From an uncultured Acidobacteriaceae bacterium (GTDB lineage: Bacteria > Acidobacteriota > Terriglobia > Terriglobales > Acidobacteriaceae): a stretch of 64,000 nucleotides of DNA. Shown one piece after another: positions 18,664 through 28,253 of the stretch. Numbering within the stretch: the stretch's first letter is position 1; each line of letters opens with the position of its first letter. The stretch covers positions 138,184 through 202,183 of the forward strand of contig CAWITY010000003.1 in assembly GCA_963839155.1 (NCBI GenBank). Reading direction: 5' to 3'. A program made the position numbers and the translations under genes. The notes beneath the pieces are model-generated. The model ran no database searches. It was given only the letters and a program-made list of their open reading frames with translations, and was not told the origin of the DNA.

Positions 18664-18858
18664 TTACTTTCCCTTCTCCGACTTCGGCGGTTCGATGTAG
18701 AACTCTGCCTTTTGCGCCATAACCAGCGCGTGGGCCTCGGCCTCGGGAACCTCGATCACGCGGCCCTCTTCGACGTGCTGGCCCATGAGGCGGGTGGCGC
18801 CCGTGATGCGAACGCGGGCCGTCTTGCCAGGTGTTACCTTGATGAACTCAACCGGCAT
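18664..18858 (-). CDS. Small capsid-associated hypothetical protein
   Basis: G.VIEV...EA..LV...KAE pattern, similar to the adjacent ORF. Confidence 0.55.
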   Translation of the reverse strand: MPVEFIKVTPGKTARVRITGATRLMGQHVEEGRVIEVPEAEAHALVMAQKAEFYIEPPKSEKGK

Positions 18859-18951
18859 TTCTTCTCCCTTGCTTCACCGCGCCGGGCGTCAAGTTCGGCG
18901 TCCGGCGCGGTTTGTTGTGTTGCGTCATTGTTGCTGGGTTGATGCGTTGGA

Positions 18952-21006
18952 TTACAGGAGCGGGTTGGCGTCGGTGATGGCCGAGAAGGATTCGGGGTGA
19001 CGGACGTTCACGTCGCAGGTATCGAACGTGGTGACTTCGATCATGCCCTGCTTTTTCAAGCGGTACGGATCGACGATGACTTCGAGCGCGCCCCACTCGC
19101 CGATGAGCAACTGATCCCACACGCCGAAGATGCAGGAGTGGAGAGCAGGAGCCGAGCCGACGATGGGCATCTGGTTGGAAACCTCGGCGCGGTATCCGTT
19201 GACTTCACCGTCGTTCCAGACCGGCAGGGCGATGGTGTTGGCCAGCTTGGGGACCTGTTTCAACTTGCCGCGCATTCCAGGCGTGGTGAGATAGGCCATG
19301 GTGCCAATGTCGGCGTTCGCGGTTGCGACCTGCGTCTCTTGCAAAATGAAGGACGCATACTGCAGCGCGGTTCCGCCGGTGGCCACAGAGCCGATTCCGG
19401 TCTGGTTGAGGATGCCCTTGGGCTGGTTCTCCGCGCCCGATCCGTTGATGGAAGCCAGGTCAATGGCGCGGGCGACAATGGCCATGAGGTCATTGCGAAC
19501 GAGCGCTTCCACGTCCACCGAAGACTGCAAGAGCAACTTGCGAGAGAAGCTCGTGGAACTCTGCAGGAGCTTCGGGGTCATGGTGATCTGCGCGAAGGTC
19601 ATGTCGGAATCGGCCACATCGGCGCCGGGGTTATCGGCGACCCAGGTAGCGGTTCCGGCGGATGCCTGCTTCGGGAATGCGATAGTCTCTGACAGTCCCG
19701 AAAGGACGGTTGCGCCGAGCGCCCGCACCATCATCTTGTTGCGCAGCAACTCGATCAGGGAGACGTACTCGGTGAAGATGGTATTGGAGCCGGTGGCCGC
19801 GGTGTTGGCGTCGAGGCCGGCGCGCTGCTGCATCCCGTACATGCCCCGCGCGTTCTGATGGCGCTCATTGTCAGAGAGCCGCATCTTCACGTCCATGGGG
19901 ACGAAGAAACCGTCGCGGCGCGCGGTACGGCCCAGCTTGCGGCTGAGGTCCTGGCTCACTTCCAACTCGAAGCAGTTGCCGCCCTCGGCTGCGGTGTTGA
20001 GCGCGCGAAGGATGGAATAGTTCTCCTTCTCGCTGTCAGTGAGGCCCGCGATATTCAGGTTGCGGACTTCGTTGGCCTTGCCATCGGCGATCTGCGCGTC
20101 GAGCACATGGCGGCGCACCGCGTCGGCCCCGGCGCCTTCGTTGACGAACTTCTCCGCCTGCTCACGGGTGATCTGCTTGGGATAGCGTGACGCGAGGGCG
20201 TTGATTTCGTTGACGCGGGCGCGCTCGGCCAGAATCCCGGTGTTATTGCCTACCTCAACCGCCGGCGTACCAGCGGAGGGCACATTTTCAGCAGCCATGC
20301 TTCTCTCCTCGATTGCGGCCTGAGCCGGTTTGTGATTGTTGGTGGTTGGCAACGCGCGAGACGCGGCACAGCGGCAGTTCTCGTCATCGCAGTCTTCGTC
20401 ACTACAGTCCGCGCAATTGCCGTCTTCGCATTCGGGGCAATCGCACTCACACTTGTCGTCGCGTTTACCGCCGAGACAGCGCGCGGGATAGACCGGCGTA
20501 CCGGCGGCCAGTTCGCGGCCAACGCCCACGGTGGGATCGGCGGGGATGGGAACGAGCGAACCCTCGACCGGCTCCCAATCGGTGATCCGGTAAGTCGAGT
20601 TGCCCTTGTCATCGCTCTTTTCGAGTTCGTACTCGTGGATGATGTAGCCGCCCGAGGCATCCACGAGAATGCCGTCCTGCACGTCGCGGAACTTCTCTTC
20701 GGCCAGGGCGGAGTTACCGAAGCGGGCGGTGACGTTGAGCTTGCCGTCCTTGATTCCGTAGCTCTCGATGCGGCCAATGTGCTGATCGGTAGAGTGGCCG
20801 AAGAGCAGAGGAATGCCGCGCTTGAGGCGGTCCTGGCGGATGGACTTGGTGGAGTGGTCAAGAATCTCACTGCCCCACCAGCGCTCGACGGGCTGCTCAG
20901 AGGTCAACGCGAAGGTGACGGTGCGTTTCTCGGCATCCACACTCTCGACCGTGGCCGCCCGATGAAGGATCGGCAGAGACGCGGGGATTTTCTTTTCGGT
21001 ACTCAT
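18952..21006 (-). CDS. Prohead protease-major capsid (HK97 fold) fusion
   Basis: EILDH, PLLFGH, WEPVEGSLVPIPADPTVGVGR protease; G.G...QP.GI and DPY capsid motifs; internal SD-ATG at 20298. Confidence 0.95.
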   Translation of the reverse strand: MSTEKKIPASLPILHRAATVESVDAEKRTVTFALTSEQPVERWWGSEILDHSTKSIRQDRLKRGIPLLFGHSTDQHIGRIESYGIKDGKLNVTARFGNSALAEEKFRDVQDGILVDASGGYIIHEYELEKSDDKGNSTYRITDWEPVEGSLVPIPADPTVGVGRELAAGTPVYPARCLGGKRDDKCECDCPECEDGNCADCSDEDCDDENCRCAASRALPTTNNHKPAQAAIEERSMAAENVPSAGTPAVEVGNNTGILAERARVNEINALASRYPKQITREQAEKFVNEGAGADAVRRHVLDAQIADGKANEVRNLNIAGLTDSEKENYSILRALNTAAEGGNCFELEVSQDLSRKLGRTARRDGFFVPMDVKMRLSDNERHQNARGMYGMQQRAGLDANTAATGSNTIFTEYVSLIELLRNKMMVRALGATVLSGLSETIAFPKQASAGTATWVADNPGADVADSDMTFAQITMTPKLLQSSTSFSRKLLLQSSVDVEALVRNDLMAIVARAIDLASINGSGAENQPKGILNQTGIGSVATGGTALQYASFILQETQVATANADIGTMAYLTTPGMRGKLKQVPKLANTIALPVWNDGEVNGYRAEVSNQMPIVGSAPALHSCIFGVWDQLLIGEWGALEVIVDPYRLKKQGMIEVTTFDTCDVNVRHPESFSAITDANPLL

Positions 21007-21057
21007 ACTTCGACGTTGCGCCGGAATCAAAAAAGCCCGCAAATTGAGCGGGCTTTT
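21007..21057 (-). promoter_or_regulatory. Late promoter (leaderless capsid mRNA) overlapping a bidirectional terminator
   Basis: 37-bp motif 21007-21043; hairpin AAAAGCCCGC-N7-GCGGGCTTTT. Confidence 0.65.
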
Positions 21058-21077
21058 CAGAGGTCACGATTCAGCGA

Positions 21078-21764
21078 TCAGGCGAACGACATTACCTCTT
21101 GCTGCAGGCGGCGCGCGGCGATCTCGCAATACTTCTCTTCGCGCTCGATGCCAACAGCGGAGAGGCCGAGGAGTTTGGCGGCTTCGAGGGTTGTTCCGCT
21201 GCCCATGAAGGGATCGAGCACCGAACGGCAAGCCGCCGGCGCTTGACGGAGGGCCCACTTCATTACGTCGAGCGGCTTTTGCGTGGGATGGGTGCGCACA
21301 TCCTTGCTGCCCGGCTCGACCAGAAAGCCGTTCCACCGGTAGGCGATGCGGCGGACGCTCTTATCGAGGTTCGTCCATGCAAGCTCACAATCGGCGAAGT
21401 CGGTATCGCCGCGGAGCTTGTCCCATACCAGCCAGCATTTCGACGGAGGCAGAGCGAAGTAGTTTCCACCGAAGATGATTTGATGATCGGAGCAGGAGCG
21501 AATCAGGGAGATCAGTTCATCGTCGGGAGGCGCATCGTCCCAGGCGTAGTCTCCGTAATCGCGCGGCAGAACGGCTTTACCTTTGACCGGGCCGGTCATG
21601 TGGCGCTTGACGCCCTGGCCTTGACGCTGGGCCTTGCGTCCCATGCCGATTCCATACGGGGGATCGGTGAGGAGGAGATCAGCTTTTACGCTGCCCCCCC
21701 CTAACACGTCTTTGCAATCTCCGCAATAGATCGTGATTCCGCCGTGGCTGTAGTAGGGATTCAT
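21078..21764 (-). CDS. Orphan N6-A/N4-C DNA methyltransferase (beta class)
   Basis: TDPPY, HPTQKP, LDPFMGSGTT. Confidence 0.95.
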   Translation of the reverse strand: MNPYYSHGGITIYCGDCKDVLGGGSVKADLLLTDPPYGIGMGRKAQRQGQGVKRHMTGPVKGKAVLPRDYGDYAWDDAPPDDELISLIRSCSDHQIIFGGNYFALPPSKCWLVWDKLRGDTDFADCELAWTNLDKSVRRIAYRWNGFLVEPGSKDVRTHPTQKPLDVMKWALRQAPAACRSVLDPFMGSGTTLEAAKLLGLSAVGIEREEKYCEIAARRLQQEVMSFA

Positions 21765-22546
21765 TGAACCTCGGTCACATTGCAATTCGTTCCATCAAAA
21801 ACAACCGCGAGAATGATCTGCGAGGTAGTACCCGGCGGGATCACGATACCATTCGCAAGCGATCCAAGGCCCGACCCTGTTGCGGCTTGCCATACACAAC
21901 CGGAACCGAAGGAAATCCCGACCGGGTCCGTGGCAGTTGGATCGGGGGAAATGAGCAACGTGAAGGTCGCGTTTTTCAATAGGCCGATGGCATTCAGCGC
22001 GCGCGTTGCGATGGACGCATTGAGCGGAAGTGCAAAAATACTGATGGGCCGATTGCCGATAGCCAGCGTGACAGTGCCCGCATCGGCGACCAACGTTTGC
22101 GAGATCGCCGAGGGCGCGTACATCACCGGAAGCGCAGCAAGGTTTGGGATGTACTGATCGAAGTTACACGCGCCGGCTTGGCACCAGTCGCCGGAGTTCA
22201 CCGCTCCACCGTGCGGCTGAACACACCTGTATCCATTGCCCAGCATCTGTTTCCCTTGCGATACCGCTGTGACGCTGAAACAGAGATTCTGCGGGTTGGT
22301 GAGCAACGTATCGGGAAGCGTGACGCTGAACGCGCCGGCGCTGGCCCATGCACAGATAGGCGTGGAGGCGGTTTGTCCGCCCCCACCCATCTGAACCGAG
22401 GCCGGAAGTCCGCTTGCTAGCGTGGGCTGAAAACATACCGTCCCGGTGATCGGCGTTGTTCCGCCGAGATGTTGCGCGGTCACGACCACCGTTTGCGCGC
22501 GTAGTGCGCAACTGACAAGGAAAACAAAGATAAATAGACGCTTCAT
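21761..22546 (-). CDS. Signal-peptide-bearing beta-rich protein
   Basis: MKRLFIFVFLVSCALRA-Q; GAGGAG SD. Confidence 0.75.
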   Translation of the reverse strand: MKRLFIFVFLVSCALRAQTVVVTAQHLGGTTPITGTVCFQPTLASGLPASVQMGGGGQTASTPICAWASAGAFSVTLPDTLLTNPQNLCFSVTAVSQGKQMLGNGYRCVQPHGGAVNSGDWCQAGACNFDQYIPNLAALPVMYAPSAISQTLVADAGTVTLAIGNRPISIFALPLNASIATRALNAIGLLKNATFTLLISPDPTATDPVGISFGSGCVWQAATGSGLGSLANGIVIPPGTTSQIILAVVFDGTNCNVTEVQ

Positions 22547-22558
22547 TTCACTCCTCGC

Positions 22559-23179
22559 TTAGTTGGTTACAGTACCGCCCGCAAAGAACGAGGAAGCGGC
22601 GGGGGATGCACCCTGATCGGTCCACACCGCAGCGGGGGATGCGCCTGGGGTTTCGGTCGTAGTTCCGCCCGATCCGTTCCAGGTGGGAGCTATCAGGCCG
22701 GTCCACCCGGCAGTTGTCACTTTTTGAAAATGACCATTGCTGGCATAGATCGTGAACCCCAACGCGACCTGCGCGTTGGCTTGCCAGACCCATTGAGTTC
22801 CGGGCGTTGGAATGTCGGCAACGGCAATAGCGGAAGCCACAGCGGCGGCGGCAAGCCCGGAAAGCGTAACTGTAGAGGGAAAGTTGGCGTAGTAGATCGA
22901 CGGAGAAATGTATCCCACCGTTGCCCCGCTTTGTGAACTATAACAATGCAGCGCACCCGGCTCAGGCTGTGCGCCAGCCAGCATGGCCGCTTTGCTGATA
23001 TACCCAGCCATACAGAACGCCACAGATCCCTGCGATACCACGATGTTGATTGGAATCCAGTAAGGAACAGATGCCTGGCTGGGTGTGGTGTAGCTGGGCA
23101 GGCTGATTGCTGTCTGCGCGAACGATGCGTATGCGGTCAACATCGCAAGCGTGATAAAGAAAATGCGAATCAGTTTCAT
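22559..23179 (-). CDS. Signal-peptide-bearing protein with a C-terminal Trp-rich carbohydrate-binding-like motif
   Basis: MKLIRIFFITLAMLTAYASFA-Q; WQANA...NGH...TTAG.TG...PTW...W. Confidence 0.7.
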   Translation of the reverse strand: MKLIRIFFITLAMLTAYASFAQTAISLPSYTTPSQASVPYWIPINIVVSQGSVAFCMAGYISKAAMLAGAQPEPGALHCYSSQSGATVGYISPSIYYANFPSTVTLSGLAAAAVASAIAVADIPTPGTQWVWQANAQVALGFTIYASNGHFQKVTTAGWTGLIAPTWNGSGGTTTETPGASPAAVWTDQGASPAASSFFAGGTVTN

Positions 23180-23198
23180 GTGTCTCCTTTGTGCGCGG

Positions 23199-24716
23199 TT
23201 AGGCCGAGCCGCCTTTGGAAGAGCCGGAGGCTTTGGTTTGGTCGCCTTCTTTGGCGTCCTCCGGCGCGTCGGCCACGCCCTTGGCATCGGTGCCGAGCTT
23301 GAGGCCGTATTTTTGAATCAGCGCCTCTTCGGCGGCGAGTTCGGCGAGAGTGTCTTCAAGGTCGTAACCTTGCTCACCCAACAGGCGCTGGCGCGTGGTG
23401 AAGCCGTTTTGAACGCCGAGTGCGTTCGATTGCTGATCCTTGACGGGATCGACCCACGGCCATCCGCGCGGATGCCAGTGGCATTGCTCGGCCACTTCAT
23501 CTTCGTCGCGCACACTGAGATCGATGCGGCCCGCAAGCACAGCCGAGGCCAGCCAGGCGCGGAAGACGGGCTTGTGAAATACCTCGATCATCCAGCGCTG
23601 GCGGACGCGCCACATATCGCGCTCGTTCAACAGGCCGGCGCGGATGGATGAGAAGTTGACGTTCTCCAGATCTTCGGCAAGCGAGTTATAGGAGACGCCG
23701 AGGCTCGATGCAATGCCGCGCTTGACTTCCTTGACGAAGTTGCCGAAGGCGGTGTTGGGATGCTCGGGCTTGAAAGTGTCAAACTTATTGGCGCCGATCT
23801 GGAGAAAGCCGCCGGGCGTGGCTTCCATGTTGATTGTGCCGTCTTCGTTGATGCCTTCGCCCTTGTACTCACCGCTGCCTTTGTCGTCTGAGATGATGCC
23901 CATCTGGCAGGCGCCCACGCGGGCTGCAACGATCTCAGCTTCCATGTAGCCCTTGAGCATGTTCATCTGGAACATGGCCGGGGCCATCCACGGAACGCCT
24001 CGGGTTTGGAGGGCCGAGTCGGGAAGATAGGCGTGGCGGACGATATTGGCGGGAACGCGCACACGATCCATGGGCCGCGAGGTCCATTCGTTCGGGTGCC
24101 GATTCCAGAGATGGTAAGCGACCGGCTTGCGGAACTTGTCTACCTCGACGCCCATGCGGATTTCAGTACCGATGGTGGTCTGTTCGAGAAAGAACGTGTG
24201 GTCAAGCTGATCCATATCCATGTGCTGCAGCGCGAATCCCCAGGGATTGTTGACCACCTTTTCAATCACAAGGAATTCGCCGTCCATGGCGGCGGTGCGG
24301 ATGAGCAGCCGCTCAAGTTCATCGAAGCTGAGTTTGCCGTCGAGGGTGCAATTCCCCTTTTGCCGCCAGAGATGCCACTCGGCCTTGATTTGCGCGTTGA
24401 GCGCATCGGCCAGCTTGTCACCGCGCAGGTTTTTGACTTTGGGCTGCATGGTGACGCCGTGCTTGCCGATCACGTTGGCGACACAGAGCGAGAGGAACTT
24501 TGCGGCGGTGGGATCGTTGTCAGCCAGTTCGCGGGCGCGGGAACGGAGCTTGCGGAGATCGGTCCACAATTTCTGGTCGCGCGAGAGGATGGACGTTGCC
24601 CAATCGAAGGTGAGACGGCCCACCTGTGCGGCGGCGAAGTTGCGGCGCGCCATGCTGGGAGCTTTGGCCGCAACAGCGGCGCGGGCTTCACTGAGGTCGA
24701 GAGATTCAATAGCCAT
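23199..24716 (-). CDS. Portal protein, lambda family
   Basis: LRSRAREL..ND, GVEVD....PVAY, QTRGVPW, NFSSIRAG, WVDPVKD. Confidence 0.95.
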   Translation of the reverse strand: MAIESLDLSEARAAVAAKAPSMARRNFAAAQVGRLTFDWATSILSRDQKLWTDLRKLRSRARELADNDPTAAKFLSLCVANVIGKHGVTMQPKVKNLRGDKLADALNAQIKAEWHLWRQKGNCTLDGKLSFDELERLLIRTAAMDGEFLVIEKVVNNPWGFALQHMDMDQLDHTFFLEQTTIGTEIRMGVEVDKFRKPVAYHLWNRHPNEWTSRPMDRVRVPANIVRHAYLPDSALQTRGVPWMAPAMFQMNMLKGYMEAEIVAARVGACQMGIISDDKGSGEYKGEGINEDGTINMEATPGGFLQIGANKFDTFKPEHPNTAFGNFVKEVKRGIASSLGVSYNSLAEDLENVNFSSIRAGLLNERDMWRVRQRWMIEVFHKPVFRAWLASAVLAGRIDLSVRDEDEVAEQCHWHPRGWPWVDPVKDQQSNALGVQNGFTTRQRLLGEQGYDLEDTLAELAAEEALIQKYGLKLGTDAKGVADAPEDAKEGDQTKASGSSKGGSA

Positions 24717-25317
24717 AGCCGAAGCTCACTCCGATGGTTTTGCTGGACGGCTTTTCACCGCGGCGGATGCGCAGGGCGCGGACGCGCTGCTCGAAGACAG
24801 CCTTGACTTCGAGCAGCTCTTTCCACGCGTATCGTTGCAGTTCGCGCTCGAAGACTTTGTATTCGCGCACGTCTTGTGTGGCCTTGCCCTGGATGAGCGC
24901 GTTGATGTTGTCAAGCGTGATCTCATCCGGGTCGCGGTCATCGAAACCGCCGGTGGCCGCTTGCAGGTTGGGCAGGACTTCAACCTTGCCTTCGCCGATG
25001 GTGAAGCGGTTGGGCGGCGTGGCCGAATCGTTGATGTAGGCTTGCCAGCGATACCAGCCGGGCGTCCATGAGGCCGTGACAGCGGCGGGGACGGTGACCT
25101 GATAATTCTGCGAACCGGGAACGATCATGGACCCCGATACCGCGAAGTTGCCGAAGCGATTCACGAGCACATAGGAGAGCGTGTATCCGAGCGACGGCGG
25201 GTAGTCATTGCAAGGCCGTTGCCACTGCACGGTGTCTCCGGCGCGAATTTCCGTAGGTTCAGACTGCGGAGGATTCGGCAGGGCAAGCGGGTCGAGATCG
25301 AGTGGAAAGGTGCTCAC
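24706..25317 (-). CDS. Head completion/adaptor-like protein (gpW position)
   Basis: EPTEIRAGDT..W; C-terminal EYKV..REL; between terminase and portal. Confidence 0.6.
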   Translation of the reverse strand: MSTFPLDLDPLALPNPPQSEPTEIRAGDTVQWQRPCNDYPPSLGYTLSYVLVNRFGNFAVSGSMIVPGSQNYQVTVPAAVTASWTPGWYRWQAYINDSATPPNRFTIGEGKVEVLPNLQAATGGFDDRDPDEITLDNINALIQGKATQDVREYKVFERELQRYAWKELLEVKAVFEQRVRALRIRRGEKPSSKTIGVSFGYGY

Positions 25318-25354
25318 AGTTCAACAGTCCGTCCGTTGGGCAAATTAGCGCCAA
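25318..25354 (-). promoter_or_regulatory. Putative late promoter (leaderless, ends at GTG 25317)
   Basis: TTGGCGCTAATTTGCCCAACGGACGGACTGTTGAACT. Confidence 0.6.
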
Positions 25355-25375
25355 TTAGCGGGCTGTTTAGCGCAG

Positions 25376-27415
25376 TTACTTCCAGCCTGAGACGAACCCG
25401 GCGGGTTTGCGGGCGCGGGGGAAGTTGGCGGGGCGCGGGCGTCCGGTTTCTACCGGCTCGGGCTTTGGATGCACGGGTTCGGCGGATGTGGGCTTCGGTA
25501 CTTCCGGCTTCGGCGGCGGCGCGGGTGTGCCGAGCGGAACCTGGGGCGGCGGGGCCGATTTCTGTGCCTCTTGCTGGCTCACCATCCGGTCGAGGTTGCG
25601 CTTGATCTTGTTGAAGTTTGGCCGGAGAACAACGACTGCGGCGCGGGCATACACCGCGCAATCGAGAGCCTCGTTGCGCTCGGTAGTCTTGACCCACTCC
25701 ATGGTGGTTTCAAAGTCTTTCTTTTTGGTCACCAATTTTTCGGCGGTAAGCTGGCGGAAGAATTCAGGCGGAAGGCTTGCGGAGAAATGACAGTAGCTCG
25801 GGCGCGCCTGTGTGCCACGGAAGGACGTGAATATGTCTTCCTTCGCCGTGTCCACACCGACGGTGTAGAGCTTGATTTTCTTCGGCCCGGTTTCCGTGCC
25901 TGAACTGGCAAGGGACTTTCCCCACCCAGCGCGGCCAATGATGGCAAACCAGCGGCGAAGACGGTGACGGTCCGCAAAGTCGTACACGCGCTGGGTGTGA
26001 TGGCCTCCGGAATCGATCAGCACACAGGAGATCGGCATGGGAAAGCCGAGGCTGTGATCGAACGGCTCAAGCAGGTATTCGCGCAGCATTTTCCAGGGGC
26101 TTTCGGGATCGCTTTCGGGGAGGCCGGGATCGCCCGCGAATACCTTGTGCTCGATGGCCCACCGCTCCTCGTCCATGCCCCAGCCCCACACGGTGCATTC
26201 GAGGCGATTGTCCTGGGTATCCACGCCGGCGGTGAGGAAGAGAACGCCCGAGGGCAGGAGTTCGCCGAAGCGTTCGCGCTTTTCGAGTTCGTGCATATCC
26301 GCGCCCGTGCCCTCGATTTCCCATGTTTCAGCGAGGCGGGTGTTCACAAATGTCTTCAACCGTTCGCGGTTATGTCCTACCGCAAGCCAGTCGGTGACGA
26401 TCTTGGACCAACTCAATACCGGGGAGTAGAGCGCGTTCATCTGGAAGCCGGCTGTCTTGCCGTCGTGACTCGTGGTGGTGGCGCGCCATTGGCCGCGGCG
26501 CACCATCTCGTATTTCTCCCGCTCGACAATCTGACAGCCGTTCAGGCAGACGTAGTAGTAATCCAACAGGCGCGGGCGGGCTTCGGAACCTTCGGGAACC
26601 TTCTCCACTTCGTACTTGAAGTTGTTCCGCCAATCCAACACTTGAAACTCACCGCAATGCGGGCAGGGCACATAGAACTTCCGCATATCGCTGGATTCGT
26701 AGGCGGCTTCGATGCGGGAGAGATGTTTGATGCCCGGCGTCGAAGTGAGAATGATTTTTCGGTTCCAGAAAGAAGTGGTGCGCTTTTCGGCCAGGTCAAC
26801 CGGATCGCCTTCGGTGCCGGCGGATTCTCCGTAGCGGTCAACCTCATCGGCAATCAACACGCGGATCGGCGCGGAGGCCAGGCCCGCCGGGGCGTTGGCG
26901 CCGGTGATGGTGAGAACACCGCCAAGGAATTCCTTATTGAGAAGCGTGTTGCCTGAATCGCGGGCGCGCGGGCTGGGATAGATATGGCGCAGGACCGGGG
27001 TGTCGCGAATCATTTTGGCGATTCGGTTTTTGGAGAACTTCTCGGCCTCGCGTTCGGAGGCTTGGACCACGAGGATCGGGCTGGGGTCCCAATGGGAATA
27101 GAAGCCGATGGCATTGAGGTCGATCTGCGATTTTCCGGACTGGGCCGGGAGCATCATGACCACGGTTTCAATGTCGGGATCGCTGATTGCGTCTTGAATG
27201 CCGCGCTGATACTCGGCGAAGGACGTGTTGAAGCGGCCAGGGTAGGCGCCGGATTCCTTGGGGATGAAAGCGTACTCATCTGCCCATTGGCTCAAGGTGA
27301 GTTGCGGGCGCGGCAGGAAGATGTGTTGAGAGCGGCGGACGGCGCTGTGGAGAGCGGCAAGGCCCTCGGCGGAGGTTTGGTAGGGGCGACGGGGACGGAG
27401 CGCGACGGTGGTCAT
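25376..27415 (-). CDS. Terminase large subunit, lambda GpA family
   Basis: AQSGKS, DEVDRY, EGDP, STP, CPHCGE, GVDTQ, RNEALDC; Pro-rich tail. Confidence 0.97.
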   Translation of the reverse strand: MTTVALRPRRPYQTSAEGLAALHSAVRRSQHIFLPRPQLTLSQWADEYAFIPKESGAYPGRFNTSFAEYQRGIQDAISDPDIETVVMMLPAQSGKSQIDLNAIGFYSHWDPSPILVVQASEREAEKFSKNRIAKMIRDTPVLRHIYPSPRARDSGNTLLNKEFLGGVLTITGANAPAGLASAPIRVLIADEVDRYGESAGTEGDPVDLAEKRTTSFWNRKIILTSTPGIKHLSRIEAAYESSDMRKFYVPCPHCGEFQVLDWRNNFKYEVEKVPEGSEARPRLLDYYYVCLNGCQIVEREKYEMVRRGQWRATTTSHDGKTAGFQMNALYSPVLSWSKIVTDWLAVGHNRERLKTFVNTRLAETWEIEGTGADMHELEKRERFGELLPSGVLFLTAGVDTQDNRLECTVWGWGMDEERWAIEHKVFAGDPGLPESDPESPWKMLREYLLEPFDHSLGFPMPISCVLIDSGGHHTQRVYDFADRHRLRRWFAIIGRAGWGKSLASSGTETGPKKIKLYTVGVDTAKEDIFTSFRGTQARPSYCHFSASLPPEFFRQLTAEKLVTKKKDFETTMEWVKTTERNEALDCAVYARAAVVVLRPNFNKIKRNLDRMVSQQEAQKSAPPPQVPLGTPAPPPKPEVPKPTSAEPVHPKPEPVETGRPRPANFPRARKPAGFVSGWK

Positions 27416-27987
27416 TCCTCTTCGTCCTCGGCGGCTTTCTTTTGGCCGGCCTCAAGCACGGAACCGACCGAGGCCAGGTTGCCGAGCAGGCCGTTGGTTT
27501 CGCGCTCAAGAATGGCGTAGAGCCGGGCGCGGTCGTCGATCCCGAGCAGTTGGGTGGAGAGCCGGGAGGGGAGCGCCTGAATCAGCGTCTTAGTGGCGGC
27601 GTTGGCGGTGGCCAGGGCCTTCTCCACATCGGAAATTGCGGCGGCTTCGCAGCGTTCGCGGGCGAGTTGAAGCTCTTTCAGGTCGGCTTCGGCCTTGGTT
27701 TTCCGCAAAATAGCCTGATCGAGGGTTTCATCGGGGATTTCCGAGCCGTCCGGGGCGTTTCCGGGGCGTCGATTTCCGCCATTTCCGCCGTTTTCGGCGA
27801 TCCGGTAGGCCACGAACCATTGGAGGGTGGTGGGCCAGTCAAGCATTCTGCCGCGGGGATCGTTCTTAGCCGGTAAGCCTTTGTCTACAATCCAGTTACG
27901 GACTTGCCTGGGGGTGACTCCGAGTAACTCCGCAACGTCCGTAACGGGCAATGCGGAGTAGTTTTTCGGGTTTTCATCCTTCGGCAT
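27412..27987 (-). CDS. Terminase small subunit, Nu1-like
   Basis: wHTH VAELLGVTPRQVRNW..KGLP; KAEADLKEL. Confidence 0.9.
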   Translation of the reverse strand: MPKDENPKNYSALPVTDVAELLGVTPRQVRNWIVDKGLPAKNDPRGRMLDWPTTLQWFVAYRIAENGGNGGNRRPGNAPDGSEIPDETLDQAILRKTKAEADLKELQLARERCEAAAISDVEKALATANAATKTLIQALPSRLSTQLLGIDDRARLYAILERETNGLLGNLASVGSVLEAGQKKAAEDEEE

Positions 27988-28035
27988 AGGCGCGGAAACG
28001 GAAATGAGGGTTAAAAATCCTGTGGCTAGGGCACA

Positions 28036-28082
28036 CGCGGGATGGCGCGTCACCCTCAGCGCGTCAGGTCCGGGAAGGACCC
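28036..28082 (-). other. Putative cos region (cosQ-like heptamer and candidate cosN dyad)
   Basis: GGGTCCT-TCCCGG resembles lambda GGGTCCT-TTCCGG; dyad GGGTG-ACGCGC-CATCC about 20 bp downstream; just upstream of the small terminase. Confidence 0.55.
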
Positions 28083-28253
28083 AAGCCGCCGAATGACACT
28101 GACTCCCTTCCTTTGCTCACTCTATATCTCACATCACATCAGTGAGATACGCTCCGCATTCCCTCCATTCAAGATGCGCGGCTGGCCTGTTTGGGACTCT
28201 GTGTATTGAGGCAAGGCCCGCAAGCCAAGCCCACACCGCAGCCGCGCTCTACC

